A program made the translations under genes and the position numbers. Under the pieces are notes generated by a model, which ran no database searches, was not told the DNA's origin, and saw nothing but the letters and a program-made list of their open reading frames with translations. Source: Cetorhinus maximus (lineage: Eukaryota). From it: DNA of 64,000 nucleotides. Location of the stretch: the NCBI RefSeq assembly GCF_964194155.1, contig NC_135893.1, positions 20,150,001-20,214,000 of the forward strand. Direction: 5' to 3'. This document shows positions 1 through 13,700 of the stretch, piece after piece; position 1 is the stretch's first letter, and each line of letters opens with the position of its first letter.

Positions 1-2700
1 TTCCATTATCAATTCCCCAGACGCACTCTCTATAGGACCAACGTTCACTTTGTTAACTCTTTTCTTATTTAAGTATCTATAGAAACTCTTACTATCCATC
101 TTTATATTACTATCTAGCTCTCTCATACTCTAATTTTTCCTTCCTGATTAATCTTTTTGTCATTCTTTCATGTTCTTCATATTCTTTCCAATCTCTGACC
201 TGCCACCTGTCCTTGCATAATTATATGTTTTTTCTTTAAGTTTGATACCGTCTTTAACTTTTTTAGTTAATCACGGATGGTGGGCCCTCTCCTTGGGATT
301 TTTCTTTCTCATTGGAATGTATATATTCAGTGTATTCTGAAATATACCTTTAAATGTCTGCCATTGAACTTCCATTGACATATCCCTTAACCTCCTTTGC
401 CAGTTCACTTTAGCTAGCTCTGCTTTTATGCCCTCATAATTGCCCTTATTTAAGTTTAAAATACTAGTCTTGAGACTCTCATTTCTCCCTCAAAATGAAT
501 GTAAATATTATGATCGCTGCTACCTAAGGGTGCCTTCGCTAGGAGGTTATCAATTACTCCTATCTCATTGCTCAATACCAGGTCTAGTATAACCTGCTCT
601 CTGGTTGGCTCCAGAACGTGCTGTTCTAAGAAACTATCCCGAAAACATTCTATGAACTCCTCATCTGCACTACCTTTGTACATCTGATTTTTCCAGTATA
701 TATGTAGATTGAAATCCCCCATGATTATTGTTGTACCTTTCTGGCAAGCTCCCATTATCTCTTCTTTTATACTCTGTTCCACTGTATAGTGACAATTGGG
801 GGGCTTGTACACCACTCCCACAAGTGACTTCTTGCTTTCATCATTCCTCATCTCAACCCAAACCGCTTCTACATCCTGGTTTCCTGAATTTAGATCATCT
901 CTCTCTAATGTGCTAATACCATCATTAATTAACAGAGCTACCCCTCCACCTTTTCCCAACTTCCTGTCCTTTCTAAGTGTCACATACATTCAATATTCAG
1001 GTGCCAATCTATGTCATCCTGTAGCTATGTCTCTGTAATGGCTATCAGGTTGTACTTATTTATATTTGTGCTATCAGTTCATCTGTTTTGTTTCTAATGC
1101 TAATGAGATACAGAGCCTTTAGTTTTGTCCTTTTATTATTTTTGTAGTTACTAGCCTTATCTGCTGATTTACTCTTATATTTGTACTCTCTGCCCCTTCC
1201 TGTAACAGTCTGTTTATAATTTCCCATATTAATACCTGTCTCTTGCCTTGTCTCTACTCTTTGGTTTACCACTTCTTCACAAATTTGATCCCTTGCCCCC
1301 ACTATTCCATTTAAAACCCTCTCTACTTCCCTAATTAGGTGGCTCATGAGGACACTAGCCCCAGCACGGTTCAGGTGTAGACCGTCCCGATGGTATAGAT
1401 CCCACTTTCCCCAATACTGGTGCCTGTGCCCCACAAACCAGAACCTACTTCTCTCACACCAGTCGTTGAGCCACGCATTCATTTCTCTCGTCTTATTTGT
1501 CCTATGTCAATTTGCATGTGGCTCAGGTAAAAATCCAGAACTTATTACCTTTGAGGCTCTGCTTCTTAATTTGGTGCCTAGCTCATCATACTGACTATGC
1601 AGAACCTCCTTCCTCATCTTGTCTATGTTGTTGGTACTTACATGGACCACGGCTCCCCGATCCTCCCCCTCCCACTGCAAGTTCCACTCCAGCCCTGAGC
1701 AGGTGTCCTGAACCCTGGCACCGGGTAGGCAACAAAGCAATCTGGACTCTTGCTCTTTGTGACAGAGAACAGTGTCAATCCCCCTCACTATACTGTCCCC
1801 TACTACCACTACATTCCTTTTTGCTCCCCCCACTTGGATAGCTTCCTGTACTATGGAGCCATGGTCAGTTTGCTCATCCACCCTGCAGCCCCCACTCTCA
1901 TCCAACAAGCTGAGAGTCTCAAACCTATATGACAATTGCAGAAGGTCACACTCCTGCACTCTGGTTCCTCTTACCTGCCTCACTCGCAGTCACACCCTTC
2001 TGTCCCTGGCCACTGATCAAATTAGAAGACCCTATCCTAAGTAGTGTGACTGCTTCCTGGTATAAAACATCCAGGTAACTTTCCCCTCCCTGATGTGTCA
2101 CAGAGTCTGCAGCTCAGCCTCCAGCTCAATAACTCTGATCCAAAGTTCCTCAAGCCGCATACACTTACTGAAGACATGTTTGCCCTGGTTCACAATGTTA
2201 TCCAGGAGCACCCACATGCTGCAGCCTCGACACATCACCTGTCCTGCCATTCTTAATTTTTTAAATAATCACTTAATTATATTAATCACTTAGTAATGTT
2301 GCTTTCTTATATATTTTATTAACTTTACCAACAAATTATGTACTATTTTAAACCTTACAGATAGAATAGAACTTACCAAGTTACCAGATACTCACCAAAC
2401 AGCTATCTCCTTTCACTGTAGTAGAACAAGAACCTATTTCTATGGGGTGAGAAAGAAGAAATGAACAGCTCCTTCTCCCAACTCCCCTCTCACCAAACTC
2501 CAAATCTCCACTCAGTTAGTTGGCTGCACTCCTTTTGCCAAGGCTGAACTAAAGAACTCTGAATTTATAGTAAACCGAACTGGGGCTACAGTAACCAGAT
2601 TCAACCAGTTAGTTAATTAACTACTCAGCTCCTACAGCTGAGCGTGAGTTTACCTTGTCGAAAAGAAAGTTGGGTAACTTTTTGAACCACAGTTAATTGG
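1..2700 (-). mobile_element. CR1 LINE, 5' half, degraded: 5'UTR, ORF1 (CxxC/leucine-zipper plus SGNH esterase) and start of ORF2 (APE endonuclease); runs off the window start
   Basis: ORF1 ATG at ~2250 (MAGQVMCRGCSMW...LEAELQTL). SGNH motif VVVVGDSIVRG...CCLPGARVQD in ORF 1507-1983 and DGLHLN in ORF 1060-1482. APE motifs RKDRKLGKGGGVALLI, MGDFN, LDLVL and LGSSDHN in ORF 456-989. Stops and frameshifts present; 5' boundary approximate. Confidence 0.9.
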
Positions 2701-3002
2701 TAAAAGGGGAGAGAGGCAAGATGGGAGAGAGGGCAGTGTTATTCTTTTATGTTGTGCTAGCAACCAGCCAACAAACATTTTGGGCTGACTGGCCTTCTAT
2801 GATTATATGCTGGTTGAATGCCACTGATACTGTGTGTTGTCCAGATTTGGTGCAGTTCCTGTAAAAAGCTGCTGAATGCTGGATATGTGACATTAAGTCT
2901 GAACCAGTGACAAATAAATTCCATCTGGAGAAAACTTCTGTTTTGTTCCCCAGCTTCCTCCCTCCGGGTTGCTTTCTGCAGATTAGGGGTGAAGTTAAAG
3001 TG

Positions 3003-3930
3003 CAAGATCAGGTGAGGGTGGAGGGGTGGGGAATGTAGTTTGGTTGTGAGATTGCAGGTCTGGGAAGAGGTGTGTTAAGGGTGTGAGGTGAGGCTGAGAG
3101 GATGGAGGTTGGGGTTGAGGCGTGGATGTGATTTTAAGGTTGGGTGAGGGATAAGGTGACAATGGAGGACAGGTTGAGGTGAGGCTATGAAGGTGGAGGT
3201 GAGAATAAGTTTGAGGGTGGGTTGTGGACAAGGTGAGGGTAGCGTTTGAGATGAGGGAAATTGGTGATTGATGTTATGGTGGAGGTGTGGATGAGGTGAA
3301 GGTGAGAGATCAAGTGAGGTGAAGGATGAGTTGGGGCTGAGGTGAGTGGATGGGGTGAAGTGGGTTGGGTTTGAGAGAAGAGATGGGGCATAAGGTAAGG
3401 GAGTGAAGCTGGAGAATGAGGTGAGGGGTGAAGGTGGGTGATAAGATAATGGTGGGATTGAGGTAAGGTGAATGGGTGAAGTGAGATGGAAGTGGGTATG
3501 AAGACGCGGATGGAAGTGGAAGTGTGGTGGAGACCTGGGTAATGAGGTAAGGGTGTAAAGGAAGGGAATGAGGTAACATTGGGGGGTGTGGGGTGAAAGT
3601 GAGTGGTAAAGGTGATGTTGGGGAATGAGGTGAGGGTGGAATTGAGGTGGGCGATGTGGGTGGAAATGAAGGTGTAGTGGAGTGGGCGGGGAATGAGATG
3701 AGGATAAGGGATAGGGTAAGGTGAGGATGTGAGTGTGAGGGACTGAGGTTAGGGTGTGAGAGTGAGCTATTGAACAAGGGTGGAGGATGAGGTGAGAGTG
3801 GAGTGCTGTAAAGGATGTGAGGTGTGAGTGATGGGAGGGAGTGAGGTGAATGTGTGAGGATGGAGGAGGTGAGGACGAGGTGTGAGTGAGAGTGGGGCTG
3901 AGGTCAGGTGCGAGGGATGATGGGATAGAT
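3003..3930. repeat. C-poor G/T/A low-complexity tract of degenerate GTGAG/GAGGT units
   Basis: About 930 bp with very few C on the + strand and recurring tgagg/gtgag/ggtga words. Confidence 0.9.
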
Positions 3931-3934
3931 TATG

Positions 3935-4270
3935 AAGGCGATAGCGCTGCTCGCGCTCTATTTCTCTTGAAGCCGTTGGATTTAAATTGAAGCTCGCGCT
4001 GGCACGCAGGTTGATGACATCACGGCGCATTGCGTGGCCGGGAAACGGCAATGACAGCAGCAGGAAGTTAGGATGCGGCCTAGGGCGGGGCACTGAGGAA
4101 CAATGAGGCTGTTGGCAGAGTAACTTCGGAGTGTAGTCAGTAGCTGGTGGTGACTAGTACTCTCGGTGTCCCGATTAGGACGGCGTAAGGAGCTAAGAAT
4201 CCCGTTGCTGGAAAGCCCAGGTGTCTGGCCTCGACTAAAGTTTCTCACCGCGGCACTGCTGTCTCTGCAC
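3935..4270 (+). promoter_or_regulatory. CpG-rich promoter / non-coding first exon region of MAD2L2
   Basis: CpG-dense segment upstream of the acceptor at 4775. Contains CRE-like TGACATCA (~4015), ETS CAGGAAGT (~4061), GC box GGGCGGGG (~4083) and a CHR-like TTTAAA (~3981). TSS not determinable. Confidence 0.65.
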
Positions 4271-4787
4271 CGGTTTCACAAGTATCTCTAAGCTTCATTG
4301 ACTGAAATGCAGCTCAAACATCCATTGACTCTTGCATTACACCTGTATTAGGCTGTATATCAATACTGGCCCTGTTTACTGGGCTGTACGGCCTTGGATC
4401 ATGGCTTGAGGATGGCTACATGTGTTAACACACATCATTGGCCTAACATTGAAATAAAAGAATTCGAAGTGATGGATCTGATGAATGCTCAAGAAAAATC
4501 ATTAAAATATTCTGAAGGAAAAACGTGTTGAGATATGGAATCAGTTTTCTTGCTCTCTCCTCCTTTAAGATGCTCCCTAAAATCTTAATCAAGCTTTTGT
4601 TTACCTGTCTGAATATCTTATATGGCTCAGTGTCAAATTTTGGTTTGCTAACACCCCTAAGTGCTTCGGGACACTTTATTATATATTGTTCATCTGCAAG
4701 TGGGACAAGGAATAAACAGTTTTTAAACAATCCTGCCATCTGGATTAATTGTAATTGACTTTGTTTCTCCGACAGGTGCTTGTGAAC

Positions 4788-7700
4788 ATGGCCACTCTCA
4801 CACGACAGGACCTCAATTTTGGACAAGGTACAGTCTTTGATATTCTCACCTTGTTAATGATATTCTGCATGGAATTGTAACAAACTGGCTATTTTATTTT
4901 ATTGTCAATTGACCCCCTTTGCTCCCTTCAGAAGCTGCTGTCTGGTTGGGGCACTGGTTGCCTGTTGTAGCTTGTCCAAGTAGTTGTTGGATAAACAGTC
5001 AGTGTGGGGGACATCATAACTGAACCTGGCCCCTTATTCACCTTATGCCATATGCACTTTCAGGTGGAGTTATTGATGGTGATTAGGAACAGGAATTTGA
5101 GTGCAGTATTTGTCTTGCAGCCCTTGTACAGGGATGCGGAGGCCTCTACCAATTGTCTTGGTTACAATGCTTTGTGCTAAGTAGAACCAGTAGCGTTCCA
5201 AATTTTAGTTTACCACCCTGTTTCCCTTCCCGATAATCACCTGACACCCAGCCATACACTGCAGGCTGTGACCCAAGGTCTTGCATCCCATTGTGTAACT
5301 GGTCTCATCTTCTCTCTGCCTTTCCAGTGGTTGCAGATGTACTGTGTGAATTTCTAGAAGTGGCTATTCACATGATCCTGTATGTCCGGGAGGTTTATCC
5401 AATCGGAATCTTTCAGAAGAGGAAGAAGTATAATGTACCTGTCCAGGTGAGACAACAGTTGAACTTCCAGCTTGTTGATAGTCTGAAGCAGTGATCTGCA
5501 TTCACAATCATTTATTCTCTGAACATTGTGTCACACTACATCTGTTGGTTACAGCATTTTTGAGTTTGTTTAGTGTGGTGCTGACATTGGGATTTCATGC
5601 TTAAAAAAATTAAGGATCACTTCATTTTTTGCTGATGATGCTTTGTTTACCCTTTCGAATGCTGTGTTTGTCTAGATGTCGTGCCATCCAGAGCTTAACC
5701 AGTACATCCAGGATACGCTACACTGCATCAAACCTCTGATTGAGAAGGTGAGGAAAATTTTTAGTTGGCTGGTTCCATCATCATGTACAACTATTTATAT
5801 GAATGTAGACTTTTGTCATAGACAAAATATGTGATTCATACTGCCTGAGATCAGTGTGTTTTGTATGTGAGCTTTGTGTATTTTTTTATCCTTAGTGATT
5901 GTCCCAATTTAAATAATTTGAGCAGCAAGGTTTTTGTAAGTTTAAAAATGAGGTTTAAAAAAAAAAGCAATGTCTCACTCACACACACCATCACTCTCAA
6001 AAATTAGATACAGACGAAGAAAAAGTACTATACAATTACGAAGTATAATTGTCTTAGTTTCTCTTTTGTGGCCGGCTTGTGGTTTCTTTGATGACTTGAT
6101 GCTTTTAGTAGTTGCAGTGAAGTTCTTGTGAGCAAAGGATTCTCACTAAGCTGTGAGGCATCTTGTGGTTGAATTTCCAGAAGGTTGGTTCTCGGGTGAA
6201 CTTGAAGTTGGAACAAGTTGGGGAAAGTCCTCCTTTCAATTTTAATGTATTGCTAGTTATCACCTTGGCTGCATAGTTGACTTGCTGGTTCAGTGGCTTT
6301 TCTGATGGACTGGGATGGAACTTTTTTCTGCAAGCAGCTTTTGCTGTTAAAAGCAGACAAAAAATATGGCTGTGCTCATCATGTGACTTGTGCAAGTTTA
6401 AAAAAAATCCTTTGTCCAAAGCCAGGTGGTGTGCTGATTACACATCCTGTGTTCTTGTTTGACACTTGAAAATTCATCCTGCCTAATTTGGATGAGAAAC
6501 TATCATAATACAATGGAGGGTCAATGGGATCCCTTTCATATTTATCTAATTCATTGAGTTTTTGTTGTCTATGGTGAAACAGAAAGATGTATTGGCTGGA
6601 ATGCTATGGTTCTATTGTTAATGGTCTATCCTTAAACAAACGGATGTGTGAATTTCCCAGCTGGCTGTGAATGTTCATGCTGAATTAGGTGTTTACTTGA
6701 GACTCAGGACTGTCTGGCTCATTGCCAAAGGTCACATGATTTGCAGTGGCCATTTTAACAGACATCTTAAAATATTGCCTGAAAGTTCATCATTTACTGG
6801 AGCATGACACTTTATTGAGTTAGTTTCTACTCCACATTATCTCCCCTTACCCTAATCGCATATTAAATATCATTCTCCCTCTGAGGGTGGGTACATACTT
6901 GTATCAAGTGAGTACCGAGGGAATGTGTACAGCAGCTGTTTGGGTTACGATTTGGTGTCAGTCTATAATGTTCACTTTTTATATCACTCCCTTAAATGTT
7001 TGTGTGGCAGAGAAGGGCTTTTTATTTCTGTTTTCGCCCACTTATTGATATATTTTGTAATGTCCTTTAGGAAGGGAAGGTATGACTAAGAATAGACTGG
7101 GAATTCTTTGCTAAATGACTTAATTCCTGAGCCCTCAAAACCTCTCCATCATCTGCTAGGCACAAGTCAAAAAACACTCACCAGTTACCCTGAGGGGTGC
7201 AGTCGCAAGAACACTTGATTTAACATCATTCAGGATAGAGGGGAGGTGGTGGCATAGTGGTATTGTCACTGAATTATTAATCCAGAGACCCAGGGTAATG
7301 TTCTGGTAATCTGGGTTCGAATCCCACCACAGCAGATGGTGAAATTTGAATTCAATAAAAAAATCTGGAATATAAAAGTTGTCGAAACCATCTGGTTCAC
7401 TAACTTAGGGAAGGAAATCTGTTGTCCTTACCTGGTCCTGCAGCAATGTGGTTGACTCTTAAATGCCCTCTGAAAACTAAGTGGCCTAGCAAGCCATTTC
7501 GTTCTCAAGGGCAATTAGGGCCTCAAGACTGGCCACCCATGAGGCGCTGTGGGCCATCAGCAGCAGCAGGATTGTATTCGAGCACAATCTGTAACCTCAT
7601 GGCCCAGCATATCCCCCATTCTACCATTACCATCAAGCCAGGGGATCAACCCTGGTTCAATGAAGAGTGCAGGAGGGAATGCCAGAAGCAGCACCAGGCA

Positions 7701-10700
7701 TACCTAAAAATGAGGCGTTAACCTGGTGAAGCTATAAAACAGGACTACTTGTATGCCAAACAGTATAAGCAGCAAGTGGTAGACAGAGCTAAGCGATCCC
7801 ACAACCAACAAAGCAGATCTAAGCTCTGCAGTCCTGCCACATCCAATCGTGAATGGTGGTGGACAATTAAACAACACACTGGAGGAGGTGGCTCCACAAA
7901 TATCCCCATCCTCGATGATGGAGGAGCCCAGCACATCAGGGCAAAAGATAAGGCTGATCTTCAGCCAGAAGTGCCGAGTGGATGATCCATCTTGGCCTCC
8001 TCCGGAGGTCCCCAGCATCACAGATGCCAGTCTTCAGCCAATTCAATTCACTCCACGTGATATCAAGAAACGGCTGAAGGCACTGGATACTGCAAAGGCT
8101 ACAGGCCCTGACAACATTCAGTCAATTGTACTGAAGACTTGTGCTCCAGAACTTGCCACACCCCTAGCCACGCTGTTCCAGTACAGCTACAACACTGGCA
8201 TCTACCCGACTATGTGGAAAATTGCCCAGTTATTCCATGTACAAAAAAGCAGGACAAATCTAACCTGCCCCATCAGTATCCTGTCCATCATCAGTAAAGT
8301 AATTGAAGGGATCATCAACAGTGCTATCAAGTGGCAATTGCTTAGCAATATCCTGCTCACTGATGCCCAGTTTGGATTCTGCCAGGGCCACTCAGCTCCT
8401 GAACTCGTTACAGCCTTGGTTCAAACATGGACAAAAGAGCTGAACTCCCGAGGTCAGGTGAGAGTGACTGCTTGACATCAGGGCAGCATTTGACCGAGTG
8501 TGGCATGAAGGAGCCCTAGCAAAACTGGCGTCAATGGGAATCGGGGAAAACTCTGCTGGTTGGATTCATACCTATCACAAAGGAAGATGATTGTGGTTGT
8601 TGGAGGTCAGTCATCTCAGCTCCAGGACATCACTGCAGGAGTTCCTCAGCACAACCATCTTCAGCTGCTTCATCAATGACCTTCCTTCCATCGTAAGGTC
8701 AGAAGTGGGGATGCTCGCTGATGATTGCACGATGTTCAGCACCATTCGTGACTGCTCAGATACTGAAGCAGTCCATGTCCAAATGCAGCAAGACCTGGAT
8801 AATATCCAGGCTTGGGCTGACAAATGGCAAGTAACATTCGTGCTACACAAGTGTCAGGCAATGACCATCTTCAACAAGAGAGAATCCAGCTATCTCCCCT
8901 TGATGTTCAATGGCATTATCATCACTGAATCCTCCACTATCAACATCCTGGGGGTTACCTTTGAACAGAAACTGAACTGGACTAGCCATATAAATACTGT
9001 GGCTACAAGAGCAGGCCAGAGGCTAGGAATCGTGTGACAAGTAACTCGCCTCCTGACTCCCCAAAGCTTGTCCACCATCTACAAGGCACAAGTCAGGAGT
9101 GTGATGGAATACTCCCCACTTGCCTGGATGAGTGCAGCTCCTACAACACTCAAGAAGCTGGACACCGTCCAGGACAAAGCAGTCCGCTTGATTGGCACTA
9201 CATCCACAAACATTCACCCCCTCCATCACTGACACAACAGTGTGTACCATCTACAAAATGCACTGCAGGAATTCACCAAGGCTCCTTCGACAGCACCTTC
9301 CAAACTCATGACCACTACCTCCTAGAAGGACAAGGGCAGCAGATAGATGGGAACACCACCACCTGGAAGTTCTCCTCCAAGTCACTCACCATCCTGACTT
9401 GGAAATATATCGCCATTCCTTCACTGTCGCTGGGTCAAATCCTGGAACTCCTTTCCTAACAGCACTGTGGGTGTACCTACACCACATGGATTGCAGCGGT
9501 TCAAGAAGGCAGCTCACCACCACCTCTCAAGGGCAACTAGGGATGGGCAATAAATGCTGGCCTAGCCATGAACGAATAAAAACGGACCCATGAACGAATG
9601 TTTAAAAAAAAAACTCACTCAATGACCCCACTACTGGATTTTGTATTCACGCCTTCCACCTGTGTTGGACTGTGGCAACTCTAAGGTTATCCCTGCAACC
9701 TGTACCACAAAGGTCTTAAGAAACACTAATGCTGTTGTGACACCATCACCTCCAAGTTCCCTTCCCGGACTTGGTCTTCTGTTGCTGGATCAAAATCCTG
9801 GAATTTCTAACCTAATGCCATTGTGTGGGAGCAACATCAGTAATGCAGATTAAGGAGGCCAGCCATCACAATCTCTGCATTTAGGAACAGTGTCCACCCA
9901 CCTCCCGAGAACAAGTAGATTCATAAAAAGGCAGTGAAATCCAGCAAAGCATTGGTTCCCTTTATTTGCTGTTGGGGCATGGGTATCAGCAGAAACTATT
10001 GCTTGAAGAGCTGCTGCAGGTTCCCGCCAATCTTTGTTCATGTCTATTTGTTCATCGGTGGATGATGAGCTGCTTGTGGACTGTGACCGGTCATCTTTTC
10101 TCATGTTTAGAATGAGGTGGATCGGATGGTGGTGGTGATCCTGGATAAAGAGCATCATCCTGTGGAGCGCTTTGTCTTTGAGATATCCCAACCTCCTCTG
10201 CTGTCTGTCAGGTGAGATATTTTCAGCCTTCACTGTTTTCTTGTATTACCTACAGCACCAAACTATTGATCAGATTCCTGAAATTATTACAATTAAACTT
10301 AACTCAAGAACAAGAATAGGGCCAATTTAATCTCTTTGTTTCAAATTTAAAAAAAATTAAAGCCGTTGTTAGGTTTTCCTTTTATCATGATTCTAAATGT
10401 TGTAACCCTTTTTCTGCATTCTGCACTGTTACTGAAGCAGGCAATCCAATGAGAGAACCTGTTAGATCAATAGGCATAATGAATCGATGCATGGCCTATC
10501 CATAACAACTTGGCTGGGTCAGAAAGTGCACCTGTGGAAAGGGTGGATTATGAATGTGTGTTACTTGTTGATGGCACTGAAGGATAGTATTCTAGTGAGC
10601 TATGACATGGAAGGCTAGTTCACTACTGAGCGGTGGCACAGTGGGGGCAAGTACACTTGCAAACTTGCCCCAGGCAAGAATCATTGGCGTTCTGCTGTGT

Positions 10701-13700
10701 TGTTGGATTCTCAGTCTATTATGTCTATACTGGCTCTTTTAAAAGAGCTGTCCAATTAGTCTCATTCCCTTGCTTTTTCCTCAGATCCCTACAAATTGGT
10801 CCTGTTCAAATACATGTCCAATTTCCCTTTAAAACTTACTATGGAATCTGATTCTGCCATACTTTAAAGGTGTGTATTGCAGGTCTTCACTGTCTGTGTG
10901 GCAAAAAAAAAATAAAAATTCTCATTTCCTCTTTAGTTCTTTCGGTCAATTATTTTCAACCTATGACTCTGGTTCCTGACCATTTGTGAGGAAATAGTTT
11001 CTCCTGATTTTATCAAAATCCCTTCATTTTGTTAACTTCATCCTTTTCTTTTGTAAAGACGGATTCAGTGCCTCAAATATGTCCTCTGCACATAATGATT
11101 CCTGTTTCTTGTCTCTAATTGGCCCCACAATTCTTTTAACCACCCTTTTAGTTTTTGTGTTAATAAATGATTTTGGCTTCCCTTTCATGTTACAGTAAAT
11201 TTTTTCTTGTACTCTCTCTGCATTCATGTATTCTTTTTCAATTTTCCCCAGCACTCTGTATTCTGTCTGTTTTCTACTGTATTCTGTACTTGATACTTGT
11301 AAAAACCCTATTTTTTCTGTTTTACTTTAACCTCTCTTTCCTTTGTCATCGTGAGCTTTGGCTCTGGATGCCTCATCTTTTACCCTGATGGAATATGCTT
11401 GGTTTGAACCTAAAATATCTCCATCCTAAAGATCTGCCCTTGTTCAGTAACTGTTTTCCTGACTAATCTTTGTTTACAGTTCATCTGTCCTAGATCTTTT
11501 CTTAAATCATTGAAATTGGCTCTTTTCCAGTTAGATTTTTCTTCATCCATAACTGCTTTAAACCTAATTATATTATTATCACTACTATTTGTGCACCATG
11601 GAAACCACTATTAACCTGTGGCACTGGGGAGTAGCACACCATAAGAATATAAGAAATAGCAGAAGTAAGCCAAATTGCCCTTCAAGCCAGCACTGTCATT
11701 CAGTAAGATCACACCTAAATTCTACATTTACTCAATTTTCCCATCCTATACCCATATCCCTTGATACCTTTAGTGCCCAAAAATATATAGATCTCAGTTT
11801 TGAAATTTGAATGGAACAGTCTGGCAAAGTACAACAGGCCCAACAGCTCTGAAAGTGCAGCACTGTGTTGTGATGAATGATTACCCCCTCCCATTGCACC
11901 CCAAATGCAAGCCTGTTTCCCCTCCCACAGACGTCAACAGACCAATCTCTAATTTATTAAGGAGTTTGAGAAACTTAGAAAATCTGAGCTAACTGATCTC
12001 CTGAGACATTGATAGAAACATAGAAACTAGGAGCAGGAGTAGGCCATTTGGCCCTTTGAGCCTGCTCCACCATTCAATATGATCAGGGCTGATCCTGTAT
12101 CTCAATGCCATATTCCTGCTTTCTCTCCATACCCCTTTGATGCCCCTAATATCCAAAAATCTATCAATTTATTTCTTGAATATACTCAGTGACCCGGCCT
12201 CAGACCTCTGTGGTAGAGAATTCCACAGATTGACCACCCTCTGAGTGAAGAAATTTTTCCTCATCTCAGTCCTAAATGGCTTTCCCCTTATCCTGAGACT
12301 GGCCCCTGGTTCTAGACTCCCCAATAGGGTAAACATCCTCCCTGCATCCAGTCTGTTTAGCCCTGTTAGAATTTTATTACCTTTCAATCAGATCCCCTCT
12401 CATTCTTCTAAACTCTAGTGAATACAGGCCCAGTCAAACCAATCTCTCCTCATACGACAGCCCTGCCATCCCCGGTATTGGCCTAGTGAACCTTTGCTGC
12501 ACTCCATCTATGGCAAGTATATCCTTTCTTAGGCAGGGAGACCAAAACTGTACGCAATACTCCAGGTGTGGTCTCACCAATGCCCTGTATAACTGCAGTA
12601 AGACATCCCTAATACTGAACTCAAATCCTCATAAACAGTTTGAAAAACTGTCATCTTTTCCTGGAACTGTCTTTTATTTCTGACTCACTGTTCCCATCGC
12701 CCTCTCTTTTTTAAAAAAAAATATGCTGACATTCCCTTTTAAATCAATCTATGTGACCTCGCTGTAATCCTTGCTGGCAAGTTCCTGAGGCTGATGTCAT
12801 AAGAGCTGATGATAGAGTGGCATGGGCACTCTGTGCAAAAATTGGTGGGGACTGAAGAGGAGCAGAGAGGCCTAGGAGTGTATATAGGCATTTTCTCTGT
12901 AGTTCATAGAATTATACGGGTGAGATCAGGATCACACATGGTCATGTTATCCCCATGGTCAAATACACACCTATTGAGGCTCACATTTGAAGACTCCACC
13001 AGGGAATACCCAAGGCCAGTTGAGCAATATCTGTGAAGAGTCAGTGCCTTTAGAAGAAAAGTGGCGTAATTAAGAATATAGTATTTGGGCACTTGTGCAG
13101 CTCAAACACTTTTTTATTGGTTGGATTTTCCTGTGACATCTATTAATCAATCTTATTGTTGTTTGCAGCTCTGACTCACTGCTTTCCCGTGTTGAGCAGC
13201 TCCTGCGAGCATCAATCCTGAAGATCAGTGTCTGTGATGCGATTCTTGACAGCAACCCTCCAGGTAAATCTGTGGTTAGGAGTGTGTTTGTTGCACCCAT
13301 AGTCATAGCAGCTGTGAATTTTGCTTACTTCAGCTAGGCATCCGTGGAAAAACTGACTGGATGTAATCCGACTGAGGGAATCAGATGTTCTTTCTGTGCT
13401 TCTCTAGAGCAGCAACTTTTCTCTGCCACTTTCTCCCCATCTCTCCTGAAGGTAACTACTTCTCCTGAGTTATGGTTTCTTAGGCGCCAGTTCTTAATCA
13501 GAATCTTTAATAGAACATGGTGGAACTATCTTGATCCCAGCCCAAATTGTTCACCTGTTTTTTCTCTTCAGATGTTGCTGAATGTAGCGTATTTCCTGCA
13601 GTATTTTTTCTTAGCTGAAAGCACACCCAAAGGGCTATTCTTGATTTTCAAGCCCACATAGTGATCATTACCAGCCCATGTAACTGTGTAGTATCACAGC

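Noticed and set aside
2995-4093. Overlapping Pro/His/Ser/Thr/Leu-rich minus-strand ORFs
   Set aside because: By-products of a low-complexity tract with few stop codons; no domain signal and mostly non-ATG starts.
7241-7330. Possible tRNA gene (A and B boxes); likewise at 55479, 60085 and 41050
   Set aside because: No clean cloverleaf or T-run terminator; each continues into SINE/LINE body, so these are retroelement heads.
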